DNA of 64,000 nt, from positions 1,296,721-1,360,720 of the forward strand of contig CM119271.1 of assembly GCA_051294375.1 (NCBI GenBank). Direction: 5' to 3'. Under the pieces are notes generated by a model that was given only the letters and a program-made list of their open reading frames with translations, was not told the origin of the DNA and did no database searches. Below are positions 31,357 to 45,641 of this stretch, piece by piece. The translations under genes and the position numbers were made by a program. Source of the stretch: Paraspadella gotoi. Taxonomy: Eukaryota; Animalia; Chaetognatha. Numbering within the stretch: the first letter of the stretch is position 1; each line of letters opens with the position of its first letter.

Positions 31357-32097
31357 GAGTAAAAACTATGTAAACCGTCTCGTAACTCGCCGTTCAACAA
31401 AAAAAATTTAAATTGCTCTTCGCGAAATGCTTTGTTTTGATTTTGCTTACAATTAATAATTCTTCCATCAGTCGTAATACTATGCCACCCAAAGATAATC
31501 TTTGAAGAAATTCGTGACTTAGTGAGCGATGTAAAAGAATTAATGGGCTTTAACACAAAATTTTTAGTAACTGAAGTTAAAAGAATCATGATTGATAAAA
31601 ACTAAAAGCTTGAAAAGCAAATTCAAAAAAATTCTGTCTTAGATGAAATTACTCTAAAAAAGGTTGTCAACGAATCTATTCTAGTTCTTCTAAAAGAGAA
31701 GGATACAGAGCTGAGTGTCCTGCAACAGGAGCTCCGTTCAACCGAAGAAGGAGCTGGAGAAGGAGCGAGCCCGTTGCTCTTCGCCTGCCTCTCCAGCCTC
31801 ATACAACGCCGGAGATTTGGATACGACAAAAAATGGGAAATCTCCACGCCGCCGAATTCGCCGGTGACTTCGTTGGCGACTTTGACGGCGACTTTGCCGG
31901 CGATTTTGCCATCAACTTTACCATCGACTTTACCATCGACTTTGCCATCGACTTCGCGGCATTTTCGCGAAAAAAAAGGTTTTTGTTTTTTATTCCATTT
32001 TTTTAAAGAATCAAATGAGGAATTTTGAGAAAAGGAATTTAAAATTTTTTTTTTGTTGAACGGCGAGTCCACGAGGCGGTTTGCGTAGTTTTTACTG
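31357..32097. mobile_element. Inverted pair of related elements with decayed ORFs (probable retroelement 5' ends)
   Basis: 31357-31415 is similar to the reverse complement of 32036-32097. The + side leads into a stop-interrupted coiled-coil frame (MPPKDNL*...EKQIQKNSVLDEITLKKVVNESILVLLKEKDTELSVLQQEL). The - side leads into a 12-bp tandem repeat (KSP-type). Confidence 0.45.
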
Positions 32098-32691
32098 TTG
32101 AGGGTCGCGCGTTCGAGGCGTCGGCCGTCGGATGAACTGGCTGTAACAGGGAGCAAGGTTTTCTAAATCTCAAAGAGATATAAATGACGAATAAATCGTG
32201 AATAAGTTTATTCTTGTAGAAGTAAATAAATGGGGAAATAAGTGTCGTACAATAAATTTGTAAAGAAAATCCTTGGATTTCGTAAAAACTACGGTTCCAG
32301 ATGGCCAATCTTTTCCTGTGAAACGATTATGATCGAGTGTCATGGGTAAGGGTCAGTTTTATCAAATTCCAACTTTTAATTATTATAAGGCCTATATCCA
32401 GCAATTATACTTTTGGCACAATCTGTATCTTTCTCTCTGCTCTGTCATTATCTTGGACACTACGGCGAAAAAAAATCCACTTTTTCACATCGAAAAAAAC
32501 CGTATTTGATGGCTGAATTTTAAAAGGTATAGAAATATAAAATAAAGCTTACTGAACGATGAAGCGATTGGTCCGAGTCCCAATAAAATCGAGTAAAGCG
32601 TTCGAAAGTTATAAGACGACAAAGTCGATTGGTACAAAAATAGAAAAAAAAGAAATTAGTTTTCGTCAAAAAGAATCAATGATTTTTCCCT

Positions 32692-32701
32692 NNNNNNNNN
32701 N
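32692..32701. other. Assembly gap (10 N)
   Basis: Run of N. Confidence 0.99.
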
Positions 32702-34556
32702 AAAAAGAAATAGTTGTTGTACCAATTTGATAATGAAAATGGAAAAAAATACAAATTGGTAAAAATTCGATAGCATGTTAATGTTATTAGATAAATTAGC
32801 TTTTTCAAATATTTTTTTATTATACAGAATTCACATAAACAACTATCAAAACAAATTAAAACATATTTCCTAATTGTTTTTTAAAAAATAGTTATTATTA
32901 ATTTGTTTATGCTCTCTTTTGCCTTATATTCAACCTTACGATGACGCATTAATCTCATTTGCATATTCGAGTCAATCGATTTTTATTACTAACCTTTTGA
33001 GCATAATTGACCGACCGGTTGTGTATCTAATTTCCATTAAATATGGTTCTGATCATATTTTGAAAGTTTTTTGAAAATCTGAATCTAGATTCAGGCACTA
33101 ATATTGGTTGTACCAATTTCATAAGGGGAAAAAAACGAGTCTGCAGCTGGCTCTGCAGGGGCTTATTCTTTTTCTCTCTTTTTTCCTGCTGCTTCTGCTG
33201 CCGCCTTTTGATTTCTTTCTTTTTTTCTCTCTGCGTTTTTATTAAAAAAAAAAAATTATAAAAAAAAGATTGAAATAGGATTGAATTCGTAAAATTAGGC
33301 ATCGCATTTGTGCATGTTATCATTTTGCTATCGTTTTTTTTTTTTCAGGGGCTGCGTCTGCTGATTAGTTTATTTTTTGATAATGAAATTTTTTTTTCTT
33401 CTTTTTTTTTCAGAAACTGTAACTTTAATTTATAATTTGTAAAAAATAATTTTTCTTTCTGTTTATAAATTAATTTTCTTTTCTCAAATTTTATTTTTTT
33501 TAGTATCAAAATTTGTCGTCAATCCAGATTTTTCTTATGCGATTGCGACGAACCTTATGCTTTTAAGATTTTTTAAATCATAAATAAATCATGAAAAGTT
33601 ATTTTCACGCCAATAAATCACTTTTCCGTGTAAAATAAGTTTCATTAAATAGTTTTTCATTTTTTCTCCGAACTCCATTTAAGTTGTGCCGCTTATGACA
33701 GCATGATATGGGACAAATTGTAATCCTCGCGTAATTTGTATCTCGATGTCATAAACGCTTCTCAATGTCAAGATCCCAACGCGAATTGTCTTGTGCGAGT
33801 TCATTTCTCTTTTTTCAATTCGTACGCGCAATAATAAAACTTCTAGGAAAAAAAAAAAGCCAGGGCATGAGAACGCTTTGATGTTTTTGGGTAGTGGTTA
33901 ATTGATTTTATCGATGTTTGGTGTCCTTTTCGTTTTCTCTAAATATCGCTTTATTTTTCGTGATTTGATGTCAAGGAACTATCTTGAGCTCCCCGACTAG
34001 TCTTTTCACTTTTTTCCATTTTTATTAAAGCTTGATCGTTTTTATCTGGTCACTCGTTACCTTTCTCACCCCGATCGCGCGAGAGTTCAACTATGGTTTC
34101 CGAAACTTCTTTTCACGGCGCGGTCCGTGGCTTTCGTTAGTTTACACCTTTTTAGAATCACATTTTTCGGGGAGGGGGCGATTATATCAATTTTAGTTCA
34201 ATTTTAAATAAAGAGCGGGAAGCCGAAGTGTTCGACGTTCTTTACCCGGCTTTATCCCTGATACCCTAACGTTTTTTTGTTTTTTTGAAGTGGTAATCTT
34301 GCTCATAAAATTTGTCACAAGAATTGCGCGCAACTTTTTATCTTGCTTCACCCATCCTTTTATTTTTTACTCGCAGAAATTAAGAAACCCAAAATAAGAA
34401 ATGTATTAAGATGTACTCGCGCGCTTCAATACTCCACACATTCCGTTCAGAAACAACGCCCCCAAAGAAATATTATCTCAGAAACCACGTGTGATTAATA
34501 ATTTTTTTCTGGTTAATCGGGGAGAAAATGTTAATCGCGAGCGTGCGGAGAAGAAA

Positions 34557-37500
34557 ATGATCCGCGGCGCTCCGCGTTCAACCTCCGGTTGGACCCTCGA
34601 CGACGACGGCTCCGAATCATGGGTCGCGGGAAGAACGTCGCGCGCGTTCGTCCGCTTCGACCGCTTCGTCGTCGTCCTCGTCGTCGTTCTCTACGGGGTC
34701 GCGGCGCAGCCGGCAGCATCCCGTCGAGCACTCCCCGCTTCTTTCGCTAACGATCTCAGCTTATCCGACGTTCAGGTAAGCTGTTGGTTGTTTTTGCTGT
34801 GGTTCTCTCACTTGTCGTTTTCCGGTCATCCATCCATCGTACGTTTTCCTCCCCTGCAATTTTTTTTTAAATCTCTGGCCCCCTTCCTCCCCCGCCCCCG
34901 ACCCCGCGGCGGTCCAAGGATCCCCCCCGACATTTCCGGCGACGGCCGTTTCCACCCGTCGAAGGCGGAGCGGCGCTTCGACATTGAGGAGCATCGCCTC
35001 GGGGACGAGACGACCTGCGGGGGCGTCTACGAACGAACGAGGACGGGAGAGGTCAAGATCGTGCCGATCCGAATCCGTCGCTTGGTGGAGCTGGCTCAGC
35101 TGAGGAACTGCACGGTGATCGAAGGATCGCTGGAGATCTCCTTCCTCGACGACGCCAGAGATCACGTGACTCGACTCGCTTTTCCCAAGCTTATCGAAAT
35201 CACCGGCTACGCCTTGTTTTACCGAGTCAAAGGTGCGAATGCGATCCGAAATCGGCCGTGAAGGTGTTGGGCAATGTCGGGTTTCGGTTTTATGATTCAT
35301 CGCGGATCACAAGCACATTTTACGATTAGATAAACTGATGAAGACTCGAAAAATAAAAATCGTTGTTCACAAATATACTAAATTCTTTGTGAAAATTGAA
35401 AAGAAACATAATAAAAAATAAAAATAAAATGAATTAAATCTTATGTACTAGGCCTCCCAAAAATATCCCACTTTGGAAAAGTTGTTGGTTCTTGCAAAGT
35501 TTCTCATTCCAATTTTATTGATAAAAACGAATATCACAATGAAAAATTTCTCAGGTAGAGAATTATGGACTTTCCACGCCACTTTATGTGGCGTACCACT
35601 TCCGGTTAAAAAATAACTTGTTTTTAGGAATAAAACGATTTTAAACTTAAATTATTTATTTTATGGTTAATTATACACAGCTGAATGATTATTTTACTTT
35701 TTATGAATTATAATTTAAATGTAAATTTTTAAAAATATTAAATATTTTTATCAATATTACCTCGAAATAAAAAAGACAGGAAATAATTTAAAAGAATAGT
35801 ATTTGAAAAATCTACGGTCGTCCTCTTGCTTCCACGGGTCTTTTACCATAGTGGATTTAACGCGTTACCTGTGGTCATGAGCTGATGGCTTTACTTAATG
35901 AGCAACCGGGGTCACGACTGAAGGTGTTATGATTATTGGCAGGGTGGATTTAGGCCAATGCCCGACTACACAATTATTAACAATAATTAAATATTTTGAT
36001 TAAAAATAAAGTGCAAAATACAAAATAATCTTTGAAGAGTAAAAATAATTTAAAAATAGAAAAGTTCGTATCTTTTCTTTCTTTTCATTTTATTATTATT
36101 AATATTAGAGTTCAATGAAAATAAAAATCTCTACAACTTTAACTCTAATAAAATATAATGATGAAAGATGGATAGATGCCTTAACTCACCATAGCCAGTG
36201 CCAAACGGAAGGACAGCTATTTTTTAAATGAATAATTTATATATGTTTTATGCATTGTCACCAAAAATTGCGAGCGGACGTCGCGATAAATGATTATGAG
36301 AATCGATGCTTCCTAGACAACTAATTCTTGTGCTAACTCAGCACTAAAACTCTCGGTTACGTAGTATACGCCGAGGAAACGAGGCCACCGGATCTAAGGC
36401 CCAATGACGATTGTAACGTCTCACAGCAGACCTGAGGTCCGCGATAGAGAAATGCCCAGACTACAAGGTCATGTAGAAGTATAAAGTAATTGTACTACTG
36501 ACTGTATTAGAAGTCTGGGCAAAATAAATAATATTCTGGCAACTTGAGTAAACCTCGGTTATCAAAGAATCCTTTCACCGAACTACAGTCAAGCTCAGTC
36601 GTCTTCGTTTCCTTACATTGTAAAGTTTCTCTCATTCGAATTTCAAGCCAGTAACGAAAACAATGTTTTTTCTCCCTTTTTAATTGTAATTGTTATACAA
36701 TACATTTTTAACCTTCCAATAATATCGTCATATATAAATTCGGCATTAAATATGAAAAATATTTTTCTAAATTGAAAAATATAGTGAATCTTAAAGACAT
36801 AATATCAACTGTGAAGGTTTAAAGGTAACTTTGAGGACACCGATATTACTTAACTTATAAATTAATGACATAATATAGATTATTAAATTATGCTAAACTC
36901 GTTTCTTTTTCCCCTATCGTTTGATTATCTTATTTAAAAATATGGGTGCATATAATTTTTTTTATCATCATAATTTTGAGAAGACAATTTAATTTATTCC
37001 AAAGTTTTACGCAAATTTTTTGCGAGACTGTTTTCTCTCCCTCAATTTATCCCTCCTTTCACTGGATTTGAAAAGCCTTTAAATCTTGAAATAAAATTTT
37101 TTAGCATAATTTTTACTTTCGCAAAGCTGGGTTAGGGGAGGTTTAGGGTTATGGTGGTTTATGAGTGGTTATGGTTAAGACGGTTTAAGGTTAAGGTAAT
37201 TTTTTTTAAAAGTAGATTTTTAAGTGGTTTTTCCAAAGGCCAAAACATCAGTTAGTGAAAGTTTTTACCCATAATTTTGTCAAAAGCCAGCATTTTATAA
37301 TATAAAGCCTTTTTAATTGTTATCCTTTGACATACAAAATGTAATTTATAGAAAAAACCAAATATTAGGTATTAAGTTATAAGTAACTGTATTTTGATTA
37401 ATTACTAAGTGTGCTGGCTCAATAATTGCTTGCTTCTTTTAAAAATTCTTATCTTTTTTCAACCGGAAGTGGTTTGCGCAAAAAGTGGCGCGGAAAGTCC

Positions 37501-39258
37501 ATATAGCATCCGGAGAAATTTTTAATGATGATATTCGTTTTCGTCCACCCTATTTGGAACTGAGAAACTTCGGAGATCAAGACTTTAAAAAAAGTTTGAT
37601 ATTCCTGGGAGATCTATTATGTACATATTACATATTTTAAAATATAAAAACTTAAAGGTTTCGAGTCGCTGTGACTACTTTTTCTTTTTCTCTTTCAGGC
37701 CTGACGACTTTCTCCAAGCTCTTTCCCAATTTGATTGCCCTTGGTGGGCAGGTAAGTTGCAAAGAGAACAAACTCTTTTTCTTCTCTATCCATCCCTTCA
37801 TTTTTTCCTTTATTTTCAGAGACTCTACGAGGATCGTTACGCCCTCGTCGTATACGAATGCTTTCAACTCAACGATCTCGGATTCTCAGATTTGACGGTC
37901 ATCAAAAGAGGCGCCGTTCGGATCGAAAAGAATCCCCAATTGTGCTACCTGGAAACGGTGGAGTGGGACCGGCTGCAGGTTCGCCCAACGTCGAATGGGG
38001 ATAGTGTTTGAATTAATTCTTAGCCAAATTTTTTTCACCGACATGACCATATCCTGCGCTCCTCACCGCACAGAGCGGCCTCCTCGCCGGATCCTACATC
38101 GACGGAAACCAAAACTCTACCATTTGCCGAACGAGATTTTGCCACAAAAGCTGCACGTCGCGTTGTTGGACGGCCCGGCCGGAAGGCTGCCAAAAGCTTT
38201 GCCCGCAGAGATGCCTCGAACGCGGAGAGTTCTGCCCGTTGGACGGGCGCCGTTCGTCCAATCTTTTGCCCGACGACGACGATCAAGACGAGGACGTTGA
38301 TTGCTGCGGATCGCAGTGCCTAGGAGGATGCGTGCGAGCATCGACAGATAACGGTAGAATTTTTTCCCTTTTTTTGCTGTTTTGCCAGTTTTCGTTTTTT
38401 ACTTATGTTTATGTTGGTTTTTTAAGGTCCCACTCACCATTGCCTGGCCTGCAAGCGATTCCACTATCTCGGCGACTGCGTTGAGTCATGTCCTGAAGGA
38501 ACCTTCGAGTTCGAAGGGCGGCGATGCGTCTCTTGGGAAGAGTGCGTTAACACCACGCTGCGCTATGTCAAGACGGGCGCAGACCAAACCACCATACGCA
38601 TTCAAGTAAAAAAAAATTATTAGTATATTTTAATCTAATTAGCATATTGTCGTTATTTGATTTATTTTCTTAACTTCAAACGAATTTCTTGATTCTTTTC
38701 CAGGATATCCTCATCCCCGAAAAGCGTTTCAAGGCTCACGACGGAAAGTGTTTGGAGTTCTGCCCATTGGGGTTCACTCCTCGCGCCGACGACCCCCGAT
38801 TTTGCGAGAAGTGTCCAGGGGTCTGCTCTAAAGTCTGTGCAGGAATCAAGATCACTAAGACGGAACAATTGGAGCGATTGAGGGGGTGTACTAAGGTGTG
38901 AATGGCCAAAGGGGGGTGGGGATCCGAAAGGAATATGTAGTGAAATACAATTTTACAATAGAAAAACAATTCTAGGAATCAGGAAACTTTTATAAAAAAT
39001 GTAAATTGTTTTAAAAAAAAAAGGAAAAAATTTGACGTCTCTTTTTCCTTCTGGTCACAGATCGTCGGCACCCTCCAAATCAGCATCCGCGGCGTCGACG
39101 ACACAATCGCTCTTCCGGCGCTGCTCGAGCAGAGTCTCGGCCTCGTTGAAGAGATCGTCGGGCAACTTCAAGTCTCTCGAACGGATTCTCTCGTCTCCCT
39201 CGATTTTCTCAGATCGCTGAGGAAGATTTCCGGCCCCGTCGGATCGAAAAAGGTACAC

Positions 39259-39312
<54 letters not shown>

Positions 39313-42300
39313 GAAATCCTTTCTCCCCTCTCAGCCTGAACAGGTGATCGTCGTGAAAAACAACCCTCACCTTCTGACCGTGTTCGACCTTGAGAGGCGA
39401 GAGAGGGAGAAGAAACTCGTCCGTATCGAGAACGGGCATCCACTTTTTCACTTCAACAGCAGGCACGATTCGGAACCTTTTTTTTTCGAATTTTTTCGTT
39501 TCTTATTCATTCGCTCAATCATTCATTCATTCTCCAGATTGTGCTACCGAAATATCGTGGATTTCCTCGTAAACGCCGGTTATCCCGAGGAGAAAATCGA
39601 CGATTACGAAGTCAACAAAGAAAACAACGGAGATCAGGTGAATGGGATTATTTTTTTTTTTTTTAGTTCTTGCTCCGTTGCCCCGTTTCGATCTGTTATA
39701 ACAACTTAATTCTCTCTGTCGCAGATTTCCTGCCAGCTCAACCGGCTACAGGTCAAAGTCATCGCATACAAGAAAAGTTCTGTTATTTACGAATTCGACA
39801 ACCTTTACTCGAGTCCAAACTTTACAGACAAAAGAAGCTTGCTGGGTTACTTAGTCTCCTACAAAGAGGCGCCGTTTCGGTGAGCGAAGAAATTGTTGTT
39901 GTTGAAAATTTAAATCGTGTTAGAAATATTGTTTTAAAATATATAGTTTACTACTTACCTACCATTCTCCGTCATTTTGGTTTTCCACTGTTTCGTTAAT
40001 ATATTCTTTATAACTTGGTTAATTGTAAAACTTTTATCTGTACGCCATGTTGTATGTACTGTTTCAACAATTAGTTGATAACACATATTACAATTTCACA
40101 GCAACGTCTCTATGTTTGACGGGAAGGACGCTTGCTCCAAGGACGCCTGGGAGCAGATCGATCTAAAGGCGAAGGACAAACAAAACGGACCAAAGAGATA
40201 CGGGTTATTCGCTCGTCTCAAACACTTTACTCAATACGCCTTCTACGTTGAAGCGGACACGATCAAAACCAAGTCAGAGTTTCCCAACTTTCGTGGCTTT
40301 ACTTTACTTTATTTTAATTCTTTTTTTCTCATCTTAACCATAGGCACGATCAGGGAGCCATTTCGGACATTGTTTATTTCCGTACAGTTCCGTCGACTCC
40401 TTCGCCGCCTGGGATGTTGGAAGCGCGAGCCTCTTCATCCGTCGATATCGGGGTTAGTTGATTTATCTCACTCCGTCCTTGAAATCCTTACTCTTTTTCC
40501 TCAACTTCCCTCGCTTGCTTCATTTCTCAGAAATCTCACGGCCTTCGCTTGCGATGGACGAAGCCTCTACGACCCCAAGGCAACGTGACGCACTACGTCA
40601 TCTCTTGGCGCCAATTGAGTCTCGAGGCGGCGTCGATAACGCGTATCGCCGGCGTCTGTGACGCTGAGCAGGAGCCCAAGCCGTTGGGTAAGTTTATCTG
40701 TCGCATTCTCTTGTTTTTCGTTGTTTTTTTTTAATTATGATTATTTTATATTTTTTTAAATATCCTAAACTATTTCCCATGTTTTTAAGTTTACAAACTA
40801 TTCATCCCTCCATTCCCCCACCAGTAAATTCTTTGCCGGGAAAGTCTTCTTCCTCTCTCGATCTTTCCTCCACTCGCTCTCCCTCTTCTCTCTCTCCATC
40901 TTCTTGCGACTGCGACGCCGTCTGCGATGCTCGTGGCGCCACGCCCCCTCGGCCTCCGACCCCCGACCCCAAGGCGACGCGGAGGGACGAGATCGCCTTT
41001 GGGGACGCCTTGCTCAATTATATGATCCGGCGGAACCCCTCCGCGGGAAGGGGTGAGTATTTTTGGTTGGGGGGGGGATTGAAAGAGCAAATGGTGTATC
41101 GCCGGTTGGCGTGGCGCAACAGTTAAAAGGGTTTTCATTTCATCCCGTTAGGATCTCGAAGGAGAACGCGATCAGCCGTCAACGAGACGCTAGATACTCC
41201 GATGACTCCTTCGTCGACCAACGGTTCGATGTCCGAAGACGATTTGTTATTTTCGGTGACTATTTTTTTGCTTTTTATCTTTATCAATTAATCTTCTTAC
41301 TTATAGTATCCCTTTCTTTGTTTTCATTTTTTCCCTTTTTCTTTGCCTCTCAGTCCGTTAATGTATCCAGCGCTATCACCGAATTCACGATCTCAAATCT
41401 AAGTCACTACAGTCAATACAGGATCGAAATATTCGCCTGTCACGATCAAGTAGTTCAAGATCCAGAAAATGATTGGTTAGTTACTATTGGAGAGATAAAA
41501 AACATTTTAATTAATTTTATTATCATTGTTTCTTTATTGAACGCAGGGGCGACGTTCAGTACCCGCGATGTTCGGAGCCTGCGTTCGCCTCCGCGTGGAC
41601 GGACCCAATTCCATCCTACGACCGCATTGACGAATCCTCCATTGATGTTGAAGTGGTGAGGCCAAAATTGAGTAATGTCCTTATATCCTCTTTAGTCTTT
41701 ACTGCGATTTTAGGGATCTCCTAATCTTTCCTTTTTATCCTAATCGTCCACAATGTTTCCTTCAGCTGAACCGCACCCGCGCCGACGACGCCCTCCGCGA
41801 CGCCTTCGTCAAGTGGACGGAACCGACGCGTGTCAACGGGCGGATCGAAAAGTTCGATCTCAGGGTCAACCTCGTTGGCGGTCGGGAACACCTGCCCCTT
41901 TGCGTGCCTTATTGGGAATACCTCTCCGCGTCGGGATATCGTCTTAAGGTTGAGAGAGCTAACTTTTTATTTCATGGATTTAACGGTTTTTCATCGGTGA
42001 ATGATATCATTGATATGTTATTATTTAGTTAATCTCTTTACTTATTTCTACAGGAACTGACTCCCGGTAACTACAGCCTCCAACTTCGCGCGACGTCGTT
42101 GGGCGGGAGAAGCGGATGGACGAAGCCCAAGTTCTTCGTCGTCGAGGACGATTCCGAGGGAATGAGAACCGACGTCGTTATCATCGTCGTCATCGGTGCG
42201 AATGAGACGATAATCCGTCTTTTTTCTATCCATTTGTCTGTACTAAGATTTTCCATCGTTATTACTTTGTCCATTATTTGTTTCTTACATTGAAATCTTT

Positions 42301-45300
42301 CTCTCTCCTCAGTCGCGATGCTCCTCGCTCTCATCGGCAGCCTCTCATACATCGCGCACAAGAAAATTCACGCGCCGCCGCAGATTCCGTCGCACGTCTA
42401 CTCCACGGTCAATCCGGATTATATAGGGTAGGGATTCAACATTTTTTTAAAATAGTTATATTGTTATGTTTTGATAAATTAACTATGTGTTCTACCAGTA
42501 TTCCTTACGAAGCCGACGAGTGGGAGATCGAGCGGGAATGTTTGGAAATCGGTGCGGAAATCGGCGCCGGACATTACGGCTGCGTCTTTAAAGGTTAAAG
42601 GCTTTCCATTTCGATATCTTTGTTCAAAAAATCCTTAATGTTTTGCAGTTTAACATTGTGTTCCCTCCATTATTTTTATTAATTAATATATTAAATTATG
42701 ACTATTATTCTTGTTAATCAATAAAATTGCCAAATAGCTACTGAAAAACCCAAAAACATAACTAATATTAAATTTTAAAATGTGTTCCCCCTCCGAGCCT
42801 ATGGGATTGGCTTAACGATGGTAGATGTGAGGCGGTGTGAATATACTGCCACAATGTACTAGTTTAAATTTGATACTACAATATGTAAATGAGATTAAAA
42901 ATTTATTTTCCCTCCTCCTTTTAGGCTTCGTGAAAAACTTGAAGGGGAAACCGGCGCGACTTCCTTGCGCCATCAAAACGACGAAGGTCGACGCCACTTA
43001 TCACGACCGGATGGAATTCCTCAACGAGGGAAACGTCATGAAGAAATATCGATCCAATCACGTCATAGAGTTGTACGGTAAGTTGGCGCGGCTGCGATTG
43101 ACAATTAATATTTCTCTCTTCGATCAACTCTCATCCCCCCCCCTAACGACTGCCAGGAATCTTATCCCAAACGCAGCCCGTTTGCATCGTCATGGAACTC
43201 ATGGAATACGGCGACCTCAAGACCTTTCTTCGGTGCCATCGCGAAGACGCGGAAGAACCAGTTACGCCTCCTCTTCTTACTGAAGGTAAGTTTAGTGTAT
43301 CAATGTAATCTCATCGATCATTCTAGGAGGTGAGTAGAATTGTATCTCATTAATTTTACGGGCGCTAAACATTTTGTTGGAAATTTAATGAATAAGTATG
43401 TTAACTTTTGGAATTTCGGAGAAGAAATAAGATCAGAAATATCTTTAATATTCCAATTTTCATCTTCTTTGCTGTTCCCAAATTGCCAGGCGCTTTTGGT
43501 CGCATGGCGACTGACATCGCGGACGGGATGGCCTACCTCATGTCACGTCGTCACGTGCATCGCGATTTGGCCGCCAGGAACGTCATGATCGGAACTGGTC
43601 TCGTCGCCAAGGTGATCGATTTAAGCGAGGGGGGGGTGTATCGGCGTGGTGGAAGCGAACGAGATGGCCTGGGGCGGATAGCGAGCTCCGACCACAATAG
43701 GCGAGGACATTAGGAAAGAGACACATCTTTGCCCCAGGGAGAATATATTTTTCTCGCCCAGAAAGACTCTAAAAGACGAACTGATTTTAATCTTTTATAC
43801 TTATACGATTAAATTAAATTTTTAATTTCTTGATGATCCATTTTCGTTTTGTTTTTATTTTCGCTCGTCCCCTCCACCAGGTGGCCGACTTCGGGCTCTC
43901 CCGCGAAATATACGAGGACGACTACTACCGCAATGCGCGGCGCGGCTTCCTTCCCGTCCGTTGGATGTCGCCCGAGTCTCTCCACGACGGCGTCTTCTCT
44001 CACGAGTCCGACGTCTGGTCCTTTGGCATCGTCCTCTGGGAAATGGCCACTCTCGCCGCCCAGCCATACTCGGGTATTTGCTTTTTACAATTCTTTCATA
44101 AGCTTTCTTGGCTCGGATACATTTTGTTTCGTCCTGATTGATTATCTCTATCTCCCTCCGCCAGGTCTGTCTAACGAGGAAGTCAATGTCGGCGTCCAAC
44201 GCGGCGTTCGTCTGGAGACCCCCGAGGTTTTCCCGACCAGCCTTCGTCGCCTGATGGAGGCCTGTTTCGCCACTCGGCCGCGCGACAGGCCCACTTTCCT
44301 TCAGATCGTCGACCGCCTTCGGGAACTCGCTGGCCCAGACTTCCGGACCAACTCCTTCTATCATTCGAGAGAAGGGCAAATCTACAGGATATTCCAGAGT
44401 GTCGAGAAGGTGAGGAGAAGGGGCGTTGGATACTCGCTCATTGGTTTTTTTATAAAATCTTATTTAAATTTAAATGACACTATTTGCTTTGGTAATCAGG
44501 CCGGTGGGAAACCCACGGAAGTCGACTGGGATACCATTTCTTTGACTCCGACTATTGTGTCAGAGGTTCGTCACTTGATCCTAGCTTTTGAATACTTTAT
44601 GACTTTATGACTTTATGACTTCACAGTTTGCGGAATCGGACGACGAAACTTGGGTTGATCTACCGCCCGACATCGCATTTTCAGCAGGTTGAAATAAAAA
44701 AAATTAAACTTTAAACTGAATTCATTTTTTGACGGCTTTTGTCCTCTATCAGGCGGCCAAAAGAAAGAAGTGATGAGGATCGTCGCTGAAGCCTGTCGTC
44801 ACTACAAACGCCGCGCCGTCAAGCGGTCGTCCGTTCCGGCCGAAGATGCCGACGATTTTCCCTCCTTTTCCTCAGCCCTTTACCCGGGCGCCGTCCCCCC
44901 CGCTCCCGCAACCGTTGCCGCAGCAGTCGCTGCCTTTTCCACGTCGCCCGTCCCCACCGTCCCAGAATTTTCAGACTTTGAAGCGGCGAAAAAGGAACCG
45001 GATCGATCTCCACTCAAATGCCTTTTCGCCGACGACTTTTACATGCCCGTCGAGGATCGAGGATGTGGCCTAGGTTTAAAATTGCATGTTTATTATTTTT
45101 TAGAATTAATTATGTAATTCCGAATCATCGAAGTCCTTTTCTCTCTCCAATTTTCTTTCTTCCCCCTGTCATTTAAATCTCTCCTTTCAATGATTCAGCG
45201 CCCGACTCAACCTCGTCCGTTCAAACGTTTCCGCCTTCCGACGCCGATGCTTACGTCGTTCCCGTCAAATCGATAGACCCCACCATCGACGCCGCCTTCT

Positions 45301-45641
45301 TTTCGGGTCCGAGTTCCATCGAATCCGTCGGTGACGGCGGCTCCGTCATTTCCCGTCCCCGTCCGAGTCATCCGCCGCGTCGCGAACGGTTGCGCCCTCC
45401 GTCCTCCCCGGCGTACGGACGCGGCGGCGCCGCTCCATCGATCGACAGCGGCGACGACGATTCGTGGGCGGGGCGCAGAGCCACGGATTCGAGACCGCGA
45501 GGAGGCAGCCATTCGTCCTCCGGCGTCGGATCTTGGTCCACTAAAACCGCCAACTCCAGCGGAGCCGACAGCTTGATTGAGATCGACGGCTACGTTCCCT
45601 TGCGTGGCGCTGGCGGAGGGGATGGGAGCACCAAATGTTGA
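34557..45641 (+). CDS. INSR: Insulin/IGF-like receptor tyrosine kinase (many exons)
   Basis: L1 domain ([35 protein letters not shown]), furin-like Cys-rich region, L2, FnIII domains, RRTR cleavage site, TM, NPDY motif, kinase ([48 protein letters not shown]) and long C-tail to TGA 45639-45641. Confidence 0.93.
35449..37616. mobile_element. Non-autonomous hAT-like DNA transposon in insulin receptor intron 2
   Basis: TAG...CTA termini, ~170-bp diverged TIRs (35449-35616 and 37451-37616), exact 8-bp TSD TTATGTAC at 35441-35448 and 37617-37624. Confidence 0.85.
39262..39309. repeat. (GA)n microsatellite in an intron
   Basis: Direct reading. Confidence 0.95.
42781..42863 (+). mobile_element. 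3' end of mini-Helitron-like repeat (second copy)
   Basis: Similar to 4360-4434; hairpin ggcggtgt-gaat-atactgcc followed by acaatgtaCTAG|T. Confidence 0.55.

Noticed and set aside
36256-36617. Solo LTR as a called feature
   Set aside because: TG...CA-like ends and AATAAA are present, but I could not find a matching TSD or fix the 5' end.
37128-37197. Interstitial telomere
   Set aside because: Too degenerate and short, and embedded in a DNA transposon.
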